Virus genome (UHGV): UHGV-0375795
Reading direction: 5' to 3' (one strand)
DNA length: 43,993 nucleotides
DNA from: a virus
In this document: piece by piece, positions 1 to 9,785 of the stretch
Numbering within the stretch: position 1 is the stretch's first letter
Layout: each line of letters opens with the position of its first letter
The notes under the pieces: generated by a model
The model's input: only the letters and a program-made list of their open reading frames with translations
The model's database searches: none
Told to the model about the DNA's origin: nothing
Translations under genes and position numbers: made by a program

Positions 1-121
1 ATACATATTTGGTTAGATGGTCGGAGTTAGTGATAGACTAATTCCACGATGGCTGGGATAGAATCGGTAACCCTGTCTATCTAAAGTACATAATCAAAAT
101 TACTTGAAAGAGGTTTTGGAT

Positions 122-283
122 ATGATGTTAAAACAATGGAATGAATTAAGAAATGACTACAGAACTTTTGAGAAAAACAACTTAGAAAAGAGAATTGAAT
201 TCGAAAAGAAAAACAAAGAGTTCAAAACTAAGAATGAAAAGTTCAGAAAAAATGTAGAAGAACAATTAAAGAAATATACATAA
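122..283 (+). CDS. hypothetical small basic K/E-rich protein (53 aa)
   Basis: ATG preceded by AAGAGG RBS. Followed by a hairpin plus T-run at 288-314. Not in the ORF track (<60 aa). Confidence 0.3.
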   Translation: MMLKQWNELRNDYRTFEKNNLEKRIEFEKKNKEFKTKNEKFRKNVEEQLKKYT

Positions 284-327
284 TCAAGATCGCTTAGGCG
301 GTCTTTTTATTTTAGCGAGGTGTCTGT

Positions 328-486
328 ATGAATGAGTTGATAGAAAATAGAAAAAGATTTTTAAAGGTAGAAGTATTACCATTTTGGAAAAGATGGAAGT
401 GCCAGCACGATTATGTCTATCTTGGCATTGATAATCAACATAAGATTTTCGGATGTATGAAATGTGGAAAGATAGATAATAGGTAG
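328..486 (+). CDS. hypothetical small Cys/His-containing protein (52 aa; C-x-H...C-x2-C)
   Basis: GAGGTG RBS 6 nt upstream of the ATG. Terminator-like hairpin plus T-run at 489-516. Confidence 0.3.
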   Translation: MNELIENRKRFLKVEVLPFWKRWKCQHDYVYLGIDNQHKIFGCMKCGKIDNR

Positions 487-534
487 ATCACTCATCGCGA
501 GTGGTCTTTTTATTTTGGTCAAGGAGCGATTGAA

Positions 535-723
535 ATGGAAAAAGAGCACAATAATAAATTAGGTCTTTTAAGTATTTTGACAATTATCTTTGTTATAGCT
601 AAGTTGCTTGGATTAATCCATTGGAGTTGGCTGTTAGTATTTGCGCCGACTTTGATTGGCATAGGTGTATGGATTTTGATTATGTTAGTGGCGTTAATCA
701 TTGCGGTAGTATCAGATAAATAA
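535..723 (+). CDS. hypothetical small membrane protein (62 aa, two hydrophobic helices)
   Basis: ORF track entry. AAGGAG-like RBS. Strongly hydrophobic sequence. Confidence 0.45.
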   Translation: MEKEHNNKLGLLSILTIIFVIAKLLGLIHWSWLLVFAPTLIGIGVWILIMLVALIIAVVSDK

Positions 724-767
724 AATATTAACAGTTTATTTATGAAGCTTTTTGAGGAGTGATTTGA

Positions 768-944
768 ATGTATCGACCGCAATATTTAGAACAAAGGTAT
801 GAGGTGACGAACATATATGCTGAGTCTAATACTGTTCCATATTTTACTATTCGAAAGCCAATAAAGAGTAACACATATAAACGTAAAGAAAACAATGAAG
901 TCATTAGGCGATATGGAAGAAAGATACATCGAAGAAAGGACTGA
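768..944 (+). CDS. hypothetical small basic protein (58 aa)
   Basis: GAGGAG RBS 8 nt upstream of the ATG. The ORF is open to a TGA stop. Confidence 0.35.
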   Translation: MYRPQYLEQRYEVTNIYAESNTVPYFTIRKPIKSNTYKRKENNEVIRRYGRKIHRRKD

Positions 945-949
945 TCCAA

Positions 950-1153
950 TTGAGAAACCACTGGTACATTTCATTGGCGGGGAACTATCCGCAGCGCGCA
1001 ATGTCTGCCCAGATAGCTAAACGCTACACGATAGTCGAGCTGACAGATGAAGCAACACCACAAGAGATAGATCAGTATAAGTTGGTTCTCGTTGGTATCG
1101 GTTGGTTTAATGACAAACACATTCAAGAGAATATAAAGAGGTGGCTGAGATGA
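950..1153 (+). CDS. hypothetical protein (TTG start)
   Basis: ORF track entry. AAAGGA upstream. Sits in the late-early block. Confidence 0.4.
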   Translation: MRNHWYISLAGNYPQRAMSAQIAKRYTIVELTDEATPQEIDQYKLVLVGIGWFNDKHIQENIKRWLR

Positions 1154-1338
1154 CATACTTTGATTACTTGCAGCAATGCTTTAATCACGCTAAGACAAAG
1201 CTACCTGACAGCTACACTGTAGATGATGTAGTTATTCATGTACTTCGGTCAGAGAGTCGTAGCAGTCCTGAGTATGACAGCAAGGAACAGACACTTGCAT
1301 GGTTTAGATTCTTTAAGTGGATTAAGGAGGAAGAGTAA
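1150..1338 (+). CDS. hypothetical protein (62 aa from ATG 1150)
   Basis: AAAGAGGTGG RBS before ATG 1150. Overlaps the next ORF by ATGA. Confidence 0.45.
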   Translation: MTYFDYLQQCFNHAKTKLPDSYTVDDVVIHVLRSESRSSPEYDSKEQTLAWFRFFKWIKEEE

Positions 1339-1910
1339 TGAAGCTAATAGATTATATACATGAAGGATACAACATAGTAACATCGGAATGCCTAGGAAGA
1401 GCGATTAGACAATCATATCCGGCTACGTTTGTGTTTACAGGCGGAGACTTTGAAAAGATACCACGTGGAAAATTACTGGTTGATAGTTTCTACAGCTATC
1501 TTCCTGAAATTAGGGACGCTATGGAACTTCAGAAAGCTTATGCAGTGGAACAATTCACTAATGACTTTGTTGGAGCAGAAGCTGGTGTTAGATCAATGAA
1601 GTTGCTTGAACAAAGCCTAAAGTATCTGAATAACAAACAAGAACCTAACCTACTAGAAATTAAACTGAAGGATACTGATTCGGTCCCTGAAGTCTTGTAT
1701 CGAGGTGAGAGGGTGGACGAGATGCCCAACGGATTAGTCGATGCATATATGCACTGGCATACATGCGAAGCGGATAAACCAACTGAGTTAATGGCTAGCC
1801 TTGAGTATATCGAAGGTACTGATATAGACGCCAAGAGGGTAGAAGTACACATCGATGAAGAAGGAGAGCGCGGAAGCTTTAACTTATTGAAAGATGAAAT
1901 AGATGATTGA
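1338..1910 (+). CDS. hypothetical protein, 190 aa, acidic C-terminus
   Basis: Long ORF, translationally coupled to its neighbours. No family recognised. Confidence 0.6.
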   Translation: MKLIDYIHEGYNIVTSECLGRAIRQSYPATFVFTGGDFEKIPRGKLLVDSFYSYLPEIRDAMELQKAYAVEQFTNDFVGAEAGVRSMKLLEQSLKYLNNKQEPNLLEIKLKDTDSVPEVLYRGERVDEMPNGLVDAYMHWHTCEADKPTELMASLEYIEGTDIDAKRVEVHIDEEGERGSFNLLKDEIDD

Positions 1911-2212
1911 AGTAACAACTAAAGCAGATAGAGCTAAGTTCTATTCATCAAGCGAGTGGAAGCAGCTAAGGCAAAAGGTATTAGAGCGAGATCACTATGA
2001 ATGTCAGTGGTGCAAGGACGAAGGCAAGGTAGTTAGTATTAACGATACTATCTTAGAGGTCGATCACATTAAAGAGTTAGAACATTATCCTGAACTCGCA
2101 ACTGATATGGATAATCTAAGGGTTTTGTAAAGACTGCCACAATCGCCGCCATCATCGGTTTAATTATCGTCCCAAAAGCAGAGCCAAGAAATGGGCAGAT
2201 GAGTGGTGGTAG
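1903..2212 (+). CDS. HNH endonuclease associated with the terminase. Interrupted by a +1 frameshift in a T4 run (about 2123-2126): ORF 1903..2130 carries the DH..N half, and frame +1 2126..2212 carries CKDCHNRRHH.
   Basis: The N-terminal part ends ...EVDHIKELEHYPELATDMDNLRVL*. The +1 frame continues CKDCHNRRHHRFNYRPKSRAKKWADEWW*, which is the canonical HNH C-terminus. Sits immediately upstream of terS. Confidence 0.7.
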
Positions 2213-2404
2213 AGAAATGGCTCGTTAAAGTTCAAAAAAAAAGAGAAGACTATTTCATCTTGACTATGTCCACGAATCTATAGTACCCCCGGGTCAAAAA
2301 TTTTGGGGTAAAAAAATCTAACGGGAAACCGGTGGATGGGTCAACTCCGCAAATCTATTAGCGATATGCGCATAACCCCCTCCCGTAAGAAAGGAAGTGA
2401 TTGG

Positions 2405-2764
2405 ATGGCGGATTTAAAAATCAGAAATGAAAAAGTAGCTGCTGAGGAAAAACGATTGAATGAATTGTTTTTTGATTTGGCTGACGATAAGAAAAAAGTT
2501 GTATCGGGTCTGGTGACTCAAGCGGCACGATTAAAAATATTACTAGACGAAATGTGGATTGATATTTCTGAAAAAGGAGATTATGAATTATTCTCTCAGT
2601 CAGAAAATCAGATTCCTTACGAACGAGAGCGGCCGGTTGCTAAACAATATAATGCACGAGATCAATCGTATCAGCGGATTGTCAAGCAGTTAACTGACTA
2701 TTTGCCAGAAGAAAAACGAGATGCGGCTGCTTCTGCTGCGTTAGATGGTAGTGATCTTCTATGA
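2405..2764 (+). CDS. terS: terminase small subunit (P27-like)
   Basis: AAAGGAAG RBS before ATG 2405. The track ORF 2336.. begins upstream without an RBS. Overlaps terL by ATGA. Confidence 0.7.
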   Translation: MADLKIRNEKVAAEEKRLNELFFDLADDKKKVVSGLVTQAARLKILLDEMWIDISEKGDYELFSQSENQIPYERERPVAKQYNARDQSYQRIVKQLTDYLPEEKRDAAASAALDGSDLL

Positions 2765-4404
2765 CGTTGCTACAACCTTATTTTTTTGATGAATACGTAG
2801 ATCTCTACGAACGCGGAGTAATCCCATTCAATAAAGAACGTATTCAATTAGTCGAGTATCTCAAAAAGGAAGTCCTTCCGAGAGATGATTTGTATTTTGA
2901 CGATGAGATGATTCACAAATTTATTCGTTATGCCGAGAAAAATTTTTTTCCGTTAGCTAAATATCAGAAATTTATTACACCTTTCATTTTTCTTTACAAA
3001 AAAGAAGATGACGAGGTGTTTTTTAATGAAATTTTGAACTCTATCGCGCGCGGGGGTGGCAAGAATGGTTTCATGTCTGCACGAGATTCGTTCTTTATTT
3101 CCCCGCTCTATGGTGTGCGAAATTACGATGTGACTATTACTGCCAATTCGGAAAAACAAGGGAAAGTTAGTTTTAAAGAAGTCTATGAAACTGTTCAGGC
3201 GAAACGTTTAGAACAGCAGTTTTATTTAACGAAAATGGCAATCACCAATCGAGTAACGAATTCCATTTTTAGTTATCGGACCAACAACCCGAAAACGATG
3301 GATAGTGCTCGGGATGGCTGTTTAGAATTCGATGAAATTCACATGTTCGAGAACTCGGATATCGTGGACATTCAACGGAGCGGGCTAGGTAAGATTCAAC
3401 ATCCACGGACATTTTACAACGGAACGAATGGACACGTCCGAGAAGGCTTTTATGACCGGACATTAGAAAGAGCACAGAAAATTTTTAGTGGAGAAAACAA
3501 GAACGACCGTTTGTTTCCATTTATTTGTAAACTCGACACGATCGAAGAGATGGAAAAACCGGAATTATGGTCTAAAGCGAATCCGATGTTCGAAGAAGAT
3601 TCTCCTTACGCCAAACGCTTGTATCAAACTGTTATGGACGAATACCTAAAGTTAGAAGAAGAGCCGTCTGGTCGCCGGGAGTTTGTCGTCAAACGGATGA
3701 ATTTTACCGAAGGCGATATGGAATCAGATATTACTACGCACGAAAAATTAATGGCCACCGATCAGCCGATTGGTGAATTGAAAGGTAAATCTTGTGTAGC
3801 TGGATTCGACTATGCAGAGATTCGAGATTTTGCTAGTGTAGGCCTGCTTTTTAAACATGATGAGAAGTATATCTGGTTACAACATAGCTTTGCCAGAAAG
3901 GAGTTCTTAGACACTTTCAAAGTCAAAGCACCGATAAAAGAATGGGCGGAAAAAGGTATCTTTACAATCGTGGATGCGCCATCTATTTCTCCACAACTAT
4001 TAATTAATTGGTTGAATGAAAAACGTGAATTGTATCAGATTGAAATGGTGTGCGCCGATGGTTATCGAATGGACCTGCTGCAACCGCTATTGGAAAAAGA
4101 AGGATATAACTATGAGTTCATTCGGAATATTCGAGGTGTGCAGTCTAAAGTGGCACCAATAATTGAAGATGGGTTTGCTAATGAGAAATTTATTTTTGGC
4201 GATGATCCTTCGATGAGGTGGTACACCAATAACAGTTATGCAAAAGTTGATAAATCTGGTAATAAAACGTTTTTGAAAAAAGAACCAGTCCGTCGAAAAA
4301 CAGACGGCTTCCATGCCTTCTTGGCTGCTTTATATAAACGAGAAGAGATCCAAGATGTTGATTTGGAGGGCTTCTTTGACATGATGGAAGATTGGGATTT
4401 TTAA
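2761..4404 (+). CDS. terL: terminase large subunit
   Basis: 547 aa, sitting between the small subunit and the portal. ATPase and nuclease-like regions are recognisable in the translation. Confidence 0.9.
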   Translation: MTLLQPYFFDEYVDLYERGVIPFNKERIQLVEYLKKEVLPRDDLYFDDEMIHKFIRYAEKNFFPLAKYQKFITPFIFLYKKEDDEVFFNEILNSIARGGGKNGFMSARDSFFISPLYGVRNYDVTITANSEKQGKVSFKEVYETVQAKRLEQQFYLTKMAITNRVTNSIFSYRTNNPKTMDSARDGCLEFDEIHMFENSDIVDIQRSGLGKIQHPRTFYNGTNGHVREGFYDRTLERAQKIFSGENKNDRLFPFICKLDTIEEMEKPELWSKANPMFEEDSPYAKRLYQTVMDEYLKLEEEPSGRREFVVKRMNFTEGDMESDITTHEKLMATDQPIGELKGKSCVAGFDYAEIRDFASVGLLFKHDEKYIWLQHSFARKEFLDTFKVKAPIKEWAEKGIFTIVDAPSISPQLLINWLNEKRELYQIEMVCADGYRMDLLQPLLEKEGYNYEFIRNIRGVQSKVAPIIEDGFANEKFIFGDDPSMRWYTNNSYAKVDKSGNKTFLKKEPVRRKTDGFHAFLAALYKREEIQDVDLEGFFDMMEDWDF

Positions 4405-4429
4405 AGCAGCGAAGGGAGGTGTGTAAATA

Positions 4430-5584
4430 TTGGGAGTATTTCAATCGTTTTTTGATATTTTCAAAAAAAATTCAGAGATTGAATTAAGTTACGACTTTGG
4501 AAATCTAGTAGACGAATACCACACGCTGTATTTGAAACATCTAGCGATAGACACGTGTGCTGAATTTCTAGCTAGGGTATTTGGCAGGTCAGAGTTTCGA
4601 ATACGAAAAAACGGCCAACCAATCACGAACGAATGGACATACTTGTTTAACGTTCGCCCGAATTTGGACCAATCGGCATCGTCTTTTTGGCAACAAGTCG
4701 TTTATAAATTAATCACTGAAAACGAGGTGTTGATAGTCCTTTCTGATGATGATCAGTTACTAATTGCAGAAAGCTACGTTAGAAAGGAGTATGCGCTGTA
4801 TGACGATGTTTTTGAAAGCGTCTGGCTAAAAGGCTACGAGTTCAAGCGGAAGTTTTCGATGAGTGAAGTTATTTTTCTTCAATATAATAACAACGATTTG
4901 AGCCGATACGTAAGAGGGTTATACGACGATTATGCCTCTCTCTACAACCGCATGGTCGAAGTGGCGATGAGAAACCATCAAATCCGAGCAACGGTAACGG
5001 GCAAAGATGGGCGAGGTTTTGATGACAAACTGCAGAAAAAAGCACAAACATACATTGATAAGGTGTACGAGAAGTTTAACAAGGAATCCATTGCTGTTGT
5101 ACCTTTGCAAGCTGGGCTTGAGTATAACGAACTCACAAATACTGTAGGTGAGACGAATCAATCTATTGATGAGCTCAAGAAACTGAAACGCCAGTTTGTG
5201 GATGAGGTTGCCGACATTTTAGGTATTCCTTCAACAATTTTGCATGGAGAGTTAGCTGATTTAGAAAGCGCTCAGACAGTATTGAATAAATATTGTGTGA
5301 AGTCTTTAAATAAAAAAATTGAAGACGAATTGAACGCAAAGACAATCAGTAAGGCGGAATACGTTGCTGGAATGGAAGTTAAAGTCGTTGGTGTGGATAA
5401 AAAAGATATCTTTGATTTGGCAGACGCAGTAGATAAGTTAATTTCAAGCGGTGGATTCAATCGGAATGAAATTCGTGAAGAAGTCGATTATGAAAGTATC
5501 GAAGGCGGAGATGAATTCTATATCACCAAAAATTATGAGAAAGCGAAAGGAGGGGAGGAAGTAAATGACGAAACTGGAAATTAA
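4430..5584 (+). CDS. portal protein (HK97-family)
   Basis: 384 aa, TTG start with GGGAGGTG RBS. Lies between terL and the prohead protease. Confidence 0.85.
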   Translation: MGVFQSFFDIFKKNSEIELSYDFGNLVDEYHTLYLKHLAIDTCAEFLARVFGRSEFRIRKNGQPITNEWTYLFNVRPNLDQSASSFWQQVVYKLITENEVLIVLSDDDQLLIAESYVRKEYALYDDVFESVWLKGYEFKRKFSMSEVIFLQYNNNDLSRYVRGLYDDYASLYNRMVEVAMRNHQIRATVTGKDGRGFDDKLQKKAQTYIDKVYEKFNKESIAVVPLQAGLEYNELTNTVGETNQSIDELKKLKRQFVDEVADILGIPSTILHGELADLESAQTVLNKYCVKSLNKKIEDELNAKTISKAEYVAGMEVKVVGVDKKDIFDLADAVDKLISSGGFNRNEIREEVDYESIEGGDEFYITKNYEKAKGGEEVNDETGN

Positions 5585-6272
5585 AGGAACGATTATTTCT
5601 AATAATCAAAAATGGATTTACGATTTGTTTGAAATGGACAGCACATCACCGAAAGATATTTTATTGCCTGAAAACAACGAACCGCTAGAGGTCGTGATTA
5701 ATTCGGGAGGTGGTGACGTATATGCAGGTAGTGAGATTTACACAGCTTTGCGGGCTTATCAAGGTGACGTGACTGTGAAAATCGTAGGTATTGCTGCAAG
5801 CGCCGCAAGCGTGATTGCAATGGCTGGAAACACAATTGAAATCAGTCCGACTGCTCAAATTATGATTCATAATGTTTCAAGCGCTGCTGCTGGCGATCAT
5901 CGAACGTTAGCTCACGAAGCAGAAGTATTGAAAAATTATAACTCATCAATCGCGAATGCTTATATTGCAAAAACGGGCATTGAAGAAGCTGAATTGCTGG
6001 AATTGATGAATCATGAAACGTGGCTTACCGCTGAACAAGCAGTAGAAAACGGTTTTGCTGATAAAGTCATGTTTGAAAACAATGAAGCGCCGTTGCTAGT
6101 TGCGAGCTTGTCACCGGTTATCCCACCAGATGCGATTGCAAAATTGGCTGAAAAGTTAAAACCTCAATTTGATTTAGACGAGTTAGCAAACAAAGTATCT
6201 GAAAAATTAAATACTAAAAAGACGGAATCGAAAGAACCAGAAAACGCTGGTTTTAAACGATTCCTTTTTTAA
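5565..6272 (+). CDS. prohead (head maturation) protease, ClpP/S14-like
   Basis: The N-terminal domain (VINSGGGDVYAGSEIY..., IAASAASVIAMAG...) resembles ClpP. Sits between portal and capsid genes. Confidence 0.85.
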   Translation: MTKLEIKGTIISNNQKWIYDLFEMDSTSPKDILLPENNEPLEVVINSGGGDVYAGSEIYTALRAYQGDVTVKIVGIAASAASVIAMAGNTIEISPTAQIMIHNVSSAAAGDHRTLAHEAEVLKNYNSSIANAYIAKTGIEEAELLELMNHETWLTAEQAVENGFADKVMFENNEAPLLVASLSPVIPPDAIAKLAEKLKPQFDLDELANKVSEKLNTKKTESKEPENAGFKRFLF

Positions 6273-6298
6273 TACAAAAAATAAGGAGGTCATACTGA

Positions 6299-7435
6299 AT
6301 GACTATGAAATTATCCAACGAATTCAAAACGATTCGTGACAACTTTTTAGCGGCGGTTAACAATAATGAGCCTGCTGAAAAACAAAATGAACTATATGGA
6401 GCGATGCTTGATGAATTGTTAAACGAAGCAAAAAAACAAGCACGTGCTGAAGCAGAAGGATTGATTGCTGCAAATCCGGCAGACGCAAAATTATCTGCAC
6501 GAGAACGGAAATTCTTTAATGCAATTACAACTGATGTGGGCTACAAAGAAGAAAAATTATTACCACAAGAAACAATTGACCGTATTTTTGAAAACTTAAC
6601 TACTGCTCATCCGCTATTAGCAGAAATTGGCATGGTGAATGCTGGATTACGCTTAAAATTCTTGAAGTCTGAAACAAGCGGAGTCGCTGTGTGGGGAAAT
6701 ATCTACGGCGAGATAAAAGGCCAATTAGATGGAGCATTTAGTGAAGAAGAAGCTATTCAAAATAAATTAACGGCGTTCGTTGTAATTCCGAAAGATTTGA
6801 AAGACTTTGGCCCTGCTTGGATCGAATCTTTTGTATCTACTCAAATCGATGAAGCTTTTGCAGTTGCTTTAGAAGCGGCGTTCTTAGCAGGAGACGGAAA
6901 CGGCAAGCCAATCGGCTTAAATCGTCAAGTACAAGCTGGCGTGGCTATCACTGGCGGAGTATATCCCGAAAAAACTTCAATTGGTGATTTAACTTTTGCT
7001 GATTCTGCTACTACAGTCAAAGAATTAACGAACGTATACAAACACCATTCCACTGACGAAAAAGGTCGTGCTGTTGCTGTTGATGGCAAAGTAGTCATGG
7101 TTGTTAACCCTGCTGACGCTTGGGATGTTAAACGCCAATACACTTCTTTAAATGCGCAAGGCGTATACGTAACCGCTCTCCCTTATAATCTTAAAATCGT
7201 TGAATCTTTGGCACAAGTTTCCGAAAAAGTCGTTACTTTCGTTAGCGGACGTTACGATGCTTATATCGGCGGAGGAATCACATTGCGCAAATACGATCAA
7301 ACGTTAGCAATCGAAGATATGGATTTGTATACTGCTAAACAATTTGCTTATGGAAAAGCAAAAGATGATAAAGCGGCGGCTGTTTGGGGATTAAAAGTGA
7401 ATGAAACGCCTGTCGACCCTGCTCCTGAAGGGTAG
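6299..7435 (+). CDS. major capsid protein (HK97 fold)
   Basis: 378 aa immediately after the protease. Strong GGAGG RBS. A/G-rich HK97-like sequence. Confidence 0.85.
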   Translation: MTMKLSNEFKTIRDNFLAAVNNNEPAEKQNELYGAMLDELLNEAKKQARAEAEGLIAANPADAKLSARERKFFNAITTDVGYKEEKLLPQETIDRIFENLTTAHPLLAEIGMVNAGLRLKFLKSETSGVAVWGNIYGEIKGQLDGAFSEEEAIQNKLTAFVVIPKDLKDFGPAWIESFVSTQIDEAFAVALEAAFLAGDGNGKPIGLNRQVQAGVAITGGVYPEKTSIGDLTFADSATTVKELTNVYKHHSTDEKGRAVAVDGKVVMVVNPADAWDVKRQYTSLNAQGVYVTALPYNLKIVESLAQVSEKVVTFVSGRYDAYIGGGITLRKYDQTLAIEDMDLYTAKQFAYGKAKDDKAAAVWGLKVNETPVDPAPEG

Positions 7436-7442
7436 TGAGAAG

Positions 7443-7586
7443 ATGAAGTACACAATCCTTAAAAGTTTTAGGGATAAATACACCAAAGAACTTTACGAAA
7501 AAGGTCAGGAAATCGATTTACTTGTGAAGCGTGCTAAGGAGATTGAAAAAAATCTTGGTAGTGGCTTTATTCAGAAAAAAGATTAG
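7443..7586 (+). CDS. small head-associated hypothetical protein (47 aa from ATG 7443)
   Basis: In frame with track ORF 7401..7586. Lies beyond the MCP stop. Confidence 0.35.
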   Translation: MKYTILKSFRDKYTKELYEKGQEIDLLVKRAKEIEKNLGSGFIQKKD

Positions 7587-7598
7587 ACGGTGGAGCCT

Positions 7599-7886
7599 AT
7601 GGAACAATTATTAAAGGATTTTAAATCGCGTATGCGTATCTTCCACAATGCAGATGATGACAATTTAAAAAATATTCTTAAGAGTTCAACTGCGGCAATA
7701 AAGCGGTGGTGCGGAAGTGAAGATATTACTAAGCCAGAAATTCGAGAATTAATCATTGAGCGTAGCAGATACGTTTACAATGATTCTCTCGAATTTTTTA
7801 ATGAAAATTTTTTGTCCGAATTAATGGCCGTCTCTCTCTCGAATTATGTGGAGGAGGACGTTAGCGATGAAGAAACCAACGTTTGA
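7599..7886 (+). CDS. head-tail connector (gp6-like)
   Basis: Position and size. GGTGGAG RBS before ATG 7599. Confidence 0.55.
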   Translation: MEQLLKDFKSRMRIFHNADDDNLKNILKSSTAAIKRWCGSEDITKPEIRELIIERSRYVYNDSLEFFNENFLSELMAVSLSNYVEEDVSDEETNV

Positions 7887-8247
7887 GTATCAGAAGCCTA
7901 AAGTTAACAATGGTGCGATGAGAACGCCAGTTGATTTTTTTAGCTATAAGCCAAAACCAGGGCCGATGCCTGGTGAAGAAGAAAAACAAATTATTTTTAA
8001 CTGCTTTGCTGAAATATATAATCCGTCGATGAAAGATTTAGAAATTTTAAACTCTAAAACGACTAAGCAGGCGGTTACAATTACTATCCGAGATCCGCAA
8101 GAAGACTATTTAGTCTCTAATAAACATTATGTGGAGATTTTAGACAGGCGCTATAGCGGAACCAGGTGGAATATTGCTGATGTTCGAAATGATTTTACGG
8201 ATAATCGTTTCGTTACGATTCTTTTGGCGGTGTATGCCGATGAATAG
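7846..8247 (+). CDS. head-tail adaptor / head closure protein
   Basis: Position in the head-to-tail joining gene set; 133 aa. Confidence 0.55.
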   Translation: MWRRTLAMKKPTFEYQKPKVNNGAMRTPVDFFSYKPKPGPMPGEEEKQIIFNCFAEIYNPSMKDLEILNSKTTKQAVTITIRDPQEDYLVSNKHYVEILDRRYSGTRWNIADVRNDFTDNRFVTILLAVYADE

Positions 8248-8644
8248 CGTAGAAGTTAAAGGCGTAAACGAAACGTTAAAAGCAATGGAAAAAAGACTTG
8301 GTGATAAAAAAGTCCGATCGATTGCTCGCAAAGCAATCAATACCGGCGCTGAGAAAGTCGAGAAACGTCTACAGTCTGACATGCTCGTTTTTAAAGATCA
8401 AGGATATACGATTGATGAAGTTGTTCGTAAAAATGCGACGTATAAAAATTACAATACTGAAGCAGAAATCGGTTGGAATGGTCCACATCAACGTTATCGA
8501 TTAATCCATTTAAACGAATGGGGCTATACAAGAAACGGACGTCAGATTAAGCCACGTGGGTTCGGGGTTATCACGAAATCATTGAAAAATTCTGAACCAT
8601 TTTATTTGTCTACCGTGGAAATGGAGGTTAAGAAAAGCCTATGA
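8240..8644 (+). CDS. HK97 gp10-like tail-component protein
   Basis: MNSVEVKGVNETLKAMEKRLG..., a typical gp10-family N-terminus. ATGA overlap with the upstream gene. Confidence 0.6.
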   Translation: MNSVEVKGVNETLKAMEKRLGDKKVRSIARKAINTGAEKVEKRLQSDMLVFKDQGYTIDEVVRKNATYKNYNTEAEIGWNGPHQRYRLIHLNEWGYTRNGRQIKPRGFGVITKSLKNSEPFYLSTVEMEVKKSL

Positions 8645-9051
8645 AAGACATATTAATGATTATTTACGAGGCGTTAATTTCGAATGCCTACATCCACGAA
8701 ATGACTTATAACAGCGATTCGCAAGAATATCGAATTAAGTTTTATGAGCAACCTGAAACAGCTGATAAATCAGGTGCATTTATCACACTTCGGCCCGTTG
8801 ATGTACCGAATGAGGCCTATCACGGTAGTGATCAAGAGCTTTCGATTGAGCATTTAATCCAAATTGATGTGGAATCAAAATATCGAGCGACTTCGAAACA
8901 AATTCAATACGAGATTAAAAAAGAAATGAAAAACTTAGGCTTTGGCCAAGTATCGGGGCAAGGATTAGACGAGTATTTTCCGGAAACAAAACGGTTCGTC
9001 GACGCGCGTCGTTATGACGGGAATACACGAATTTACGATACACAATATTAA
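8641..9051 (+). CDS. tail completion / gp11-like structural protein
   Basis: Position and 136 aa size. Followed by an intrinsic terminator. Confidence 0.45.
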   Translation: MKDILMIIYEALISNAYIHEMTYNSDSQEYRIKFYEQPETADKSGAFITLRPVDVPNEAYHGSDQELSIEHLIQIDVESKYRATSKQIQYEIKKEMKNLGFGQVSGQGLDEYFPETKRFVDARRYDGNTRIYDTQY

Positions 9052-9070
9052 AACAGAATAACAGGAATCA

Positions 9071-9097
9071 AGACACGAAAAATCGTGTCTTTTTTTG
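9071..9097 (+). terminator. rho-independent terminator (AGACACG-aaaaat-CGTGTCT plus T6)
   Basis: Perfect 7-bp stem followed by TTTTTT. Confidence 0.7.
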
Positions 9098-9119
9098 TTG
9101 TCAAAAATTAAGAAAGAGA

Positions 9120-9725
9120 GTGATTATATTGACACTTGTAGGATTTAAAAAAATGACAATCGGAGTTTTCGATGAAAATGGGAAAATTCCAGCAGCAAAT
9201 TTAATTGTAATTGAAGGAAAGCAAGACGAAGGAGCTACTGTATCGGCTGAAATCAGTGGTTTGTCTAAAGAACCATCTAAAGTGTACGGTTCAAATATTC
9301 CTTATTACATTTCTCAAAAAGGTACGGGCGATATCTCAGCAAACTTTGGCTTACTAGATTTACCTGATGGCGCAAATGATAAGATTTTGGGATATAAAGT
9401 CGACGATACCAATGGATTTAGCTTCTTAGGTGAAGACACTGAACCACCGTATTGTGCCGTACTAATGGAATCAGAAGATTTAAGTGGTGAAACTGCTATG
9501 CTTGGTTTGTTTAAAGGCAAATTTAGCCGTGAATCGATCAACTTAAATACAACAACTAACGAAGCCTTTGAGCCTGAGGCAGAAGAATATGTATTTTCTG
9601 CAATCGCAAATGATGCAGAAGGTGAAGCTAAAGGACAATCACTAGTGAAATTCAGTGGCGATGATGAAGCAAAAATCACTGCATTGAAAGCATTAGTATT
9701 CCCGACAGCTGTAGTTGGAGGCTAA
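9120..9725 (+). CDS. major tail protein
   Basis: About 200 aa, between the head-tail genes and the chaperone/TMP. Start is uncertain (GTG 9120, TTG 9129 or ATG 9153). Confidence 0.65.
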   Translation: MIILTLVGFKKMTIGVFDENGKIPAANLIVIEGKQDEGATVSAEISGLSKEPSKVYGSNIPYYISQKGTGDISANFGLLDLPDGANDKILGYKVDDTNGFSFLGEDTEPPYCAVLMESEDLSGETAMLGLFKGKFSRESINLNTTTNEAFEPEAEEYVFSAIANDAEGEAKGQSLVKFSGDDEAKITALKALVFPTAVVGG

Positions 9726-9731
9726 AACAGA

Positions 9732-9760
9732 GAGGACTAAACCAGTCCTCTTTTTTATTT
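9732..9760 (+). terminator. rho-independent terminator (GAGGACT-aaacc-AGTCCTC plus T-run)
   Basis: 7-bp stem followed by TTTTTTATTTT. Confidence 0.7.
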
Positions 9761-9785
9761 TGTAAATTTTAGGAGGAAATTATAG

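Noticed and set aside
8298-8504. 68-aa ORF in an alternative frame inside the gp10-like gene
   Set aside because: It is embedded in a same-strand structural gene with no start signal.
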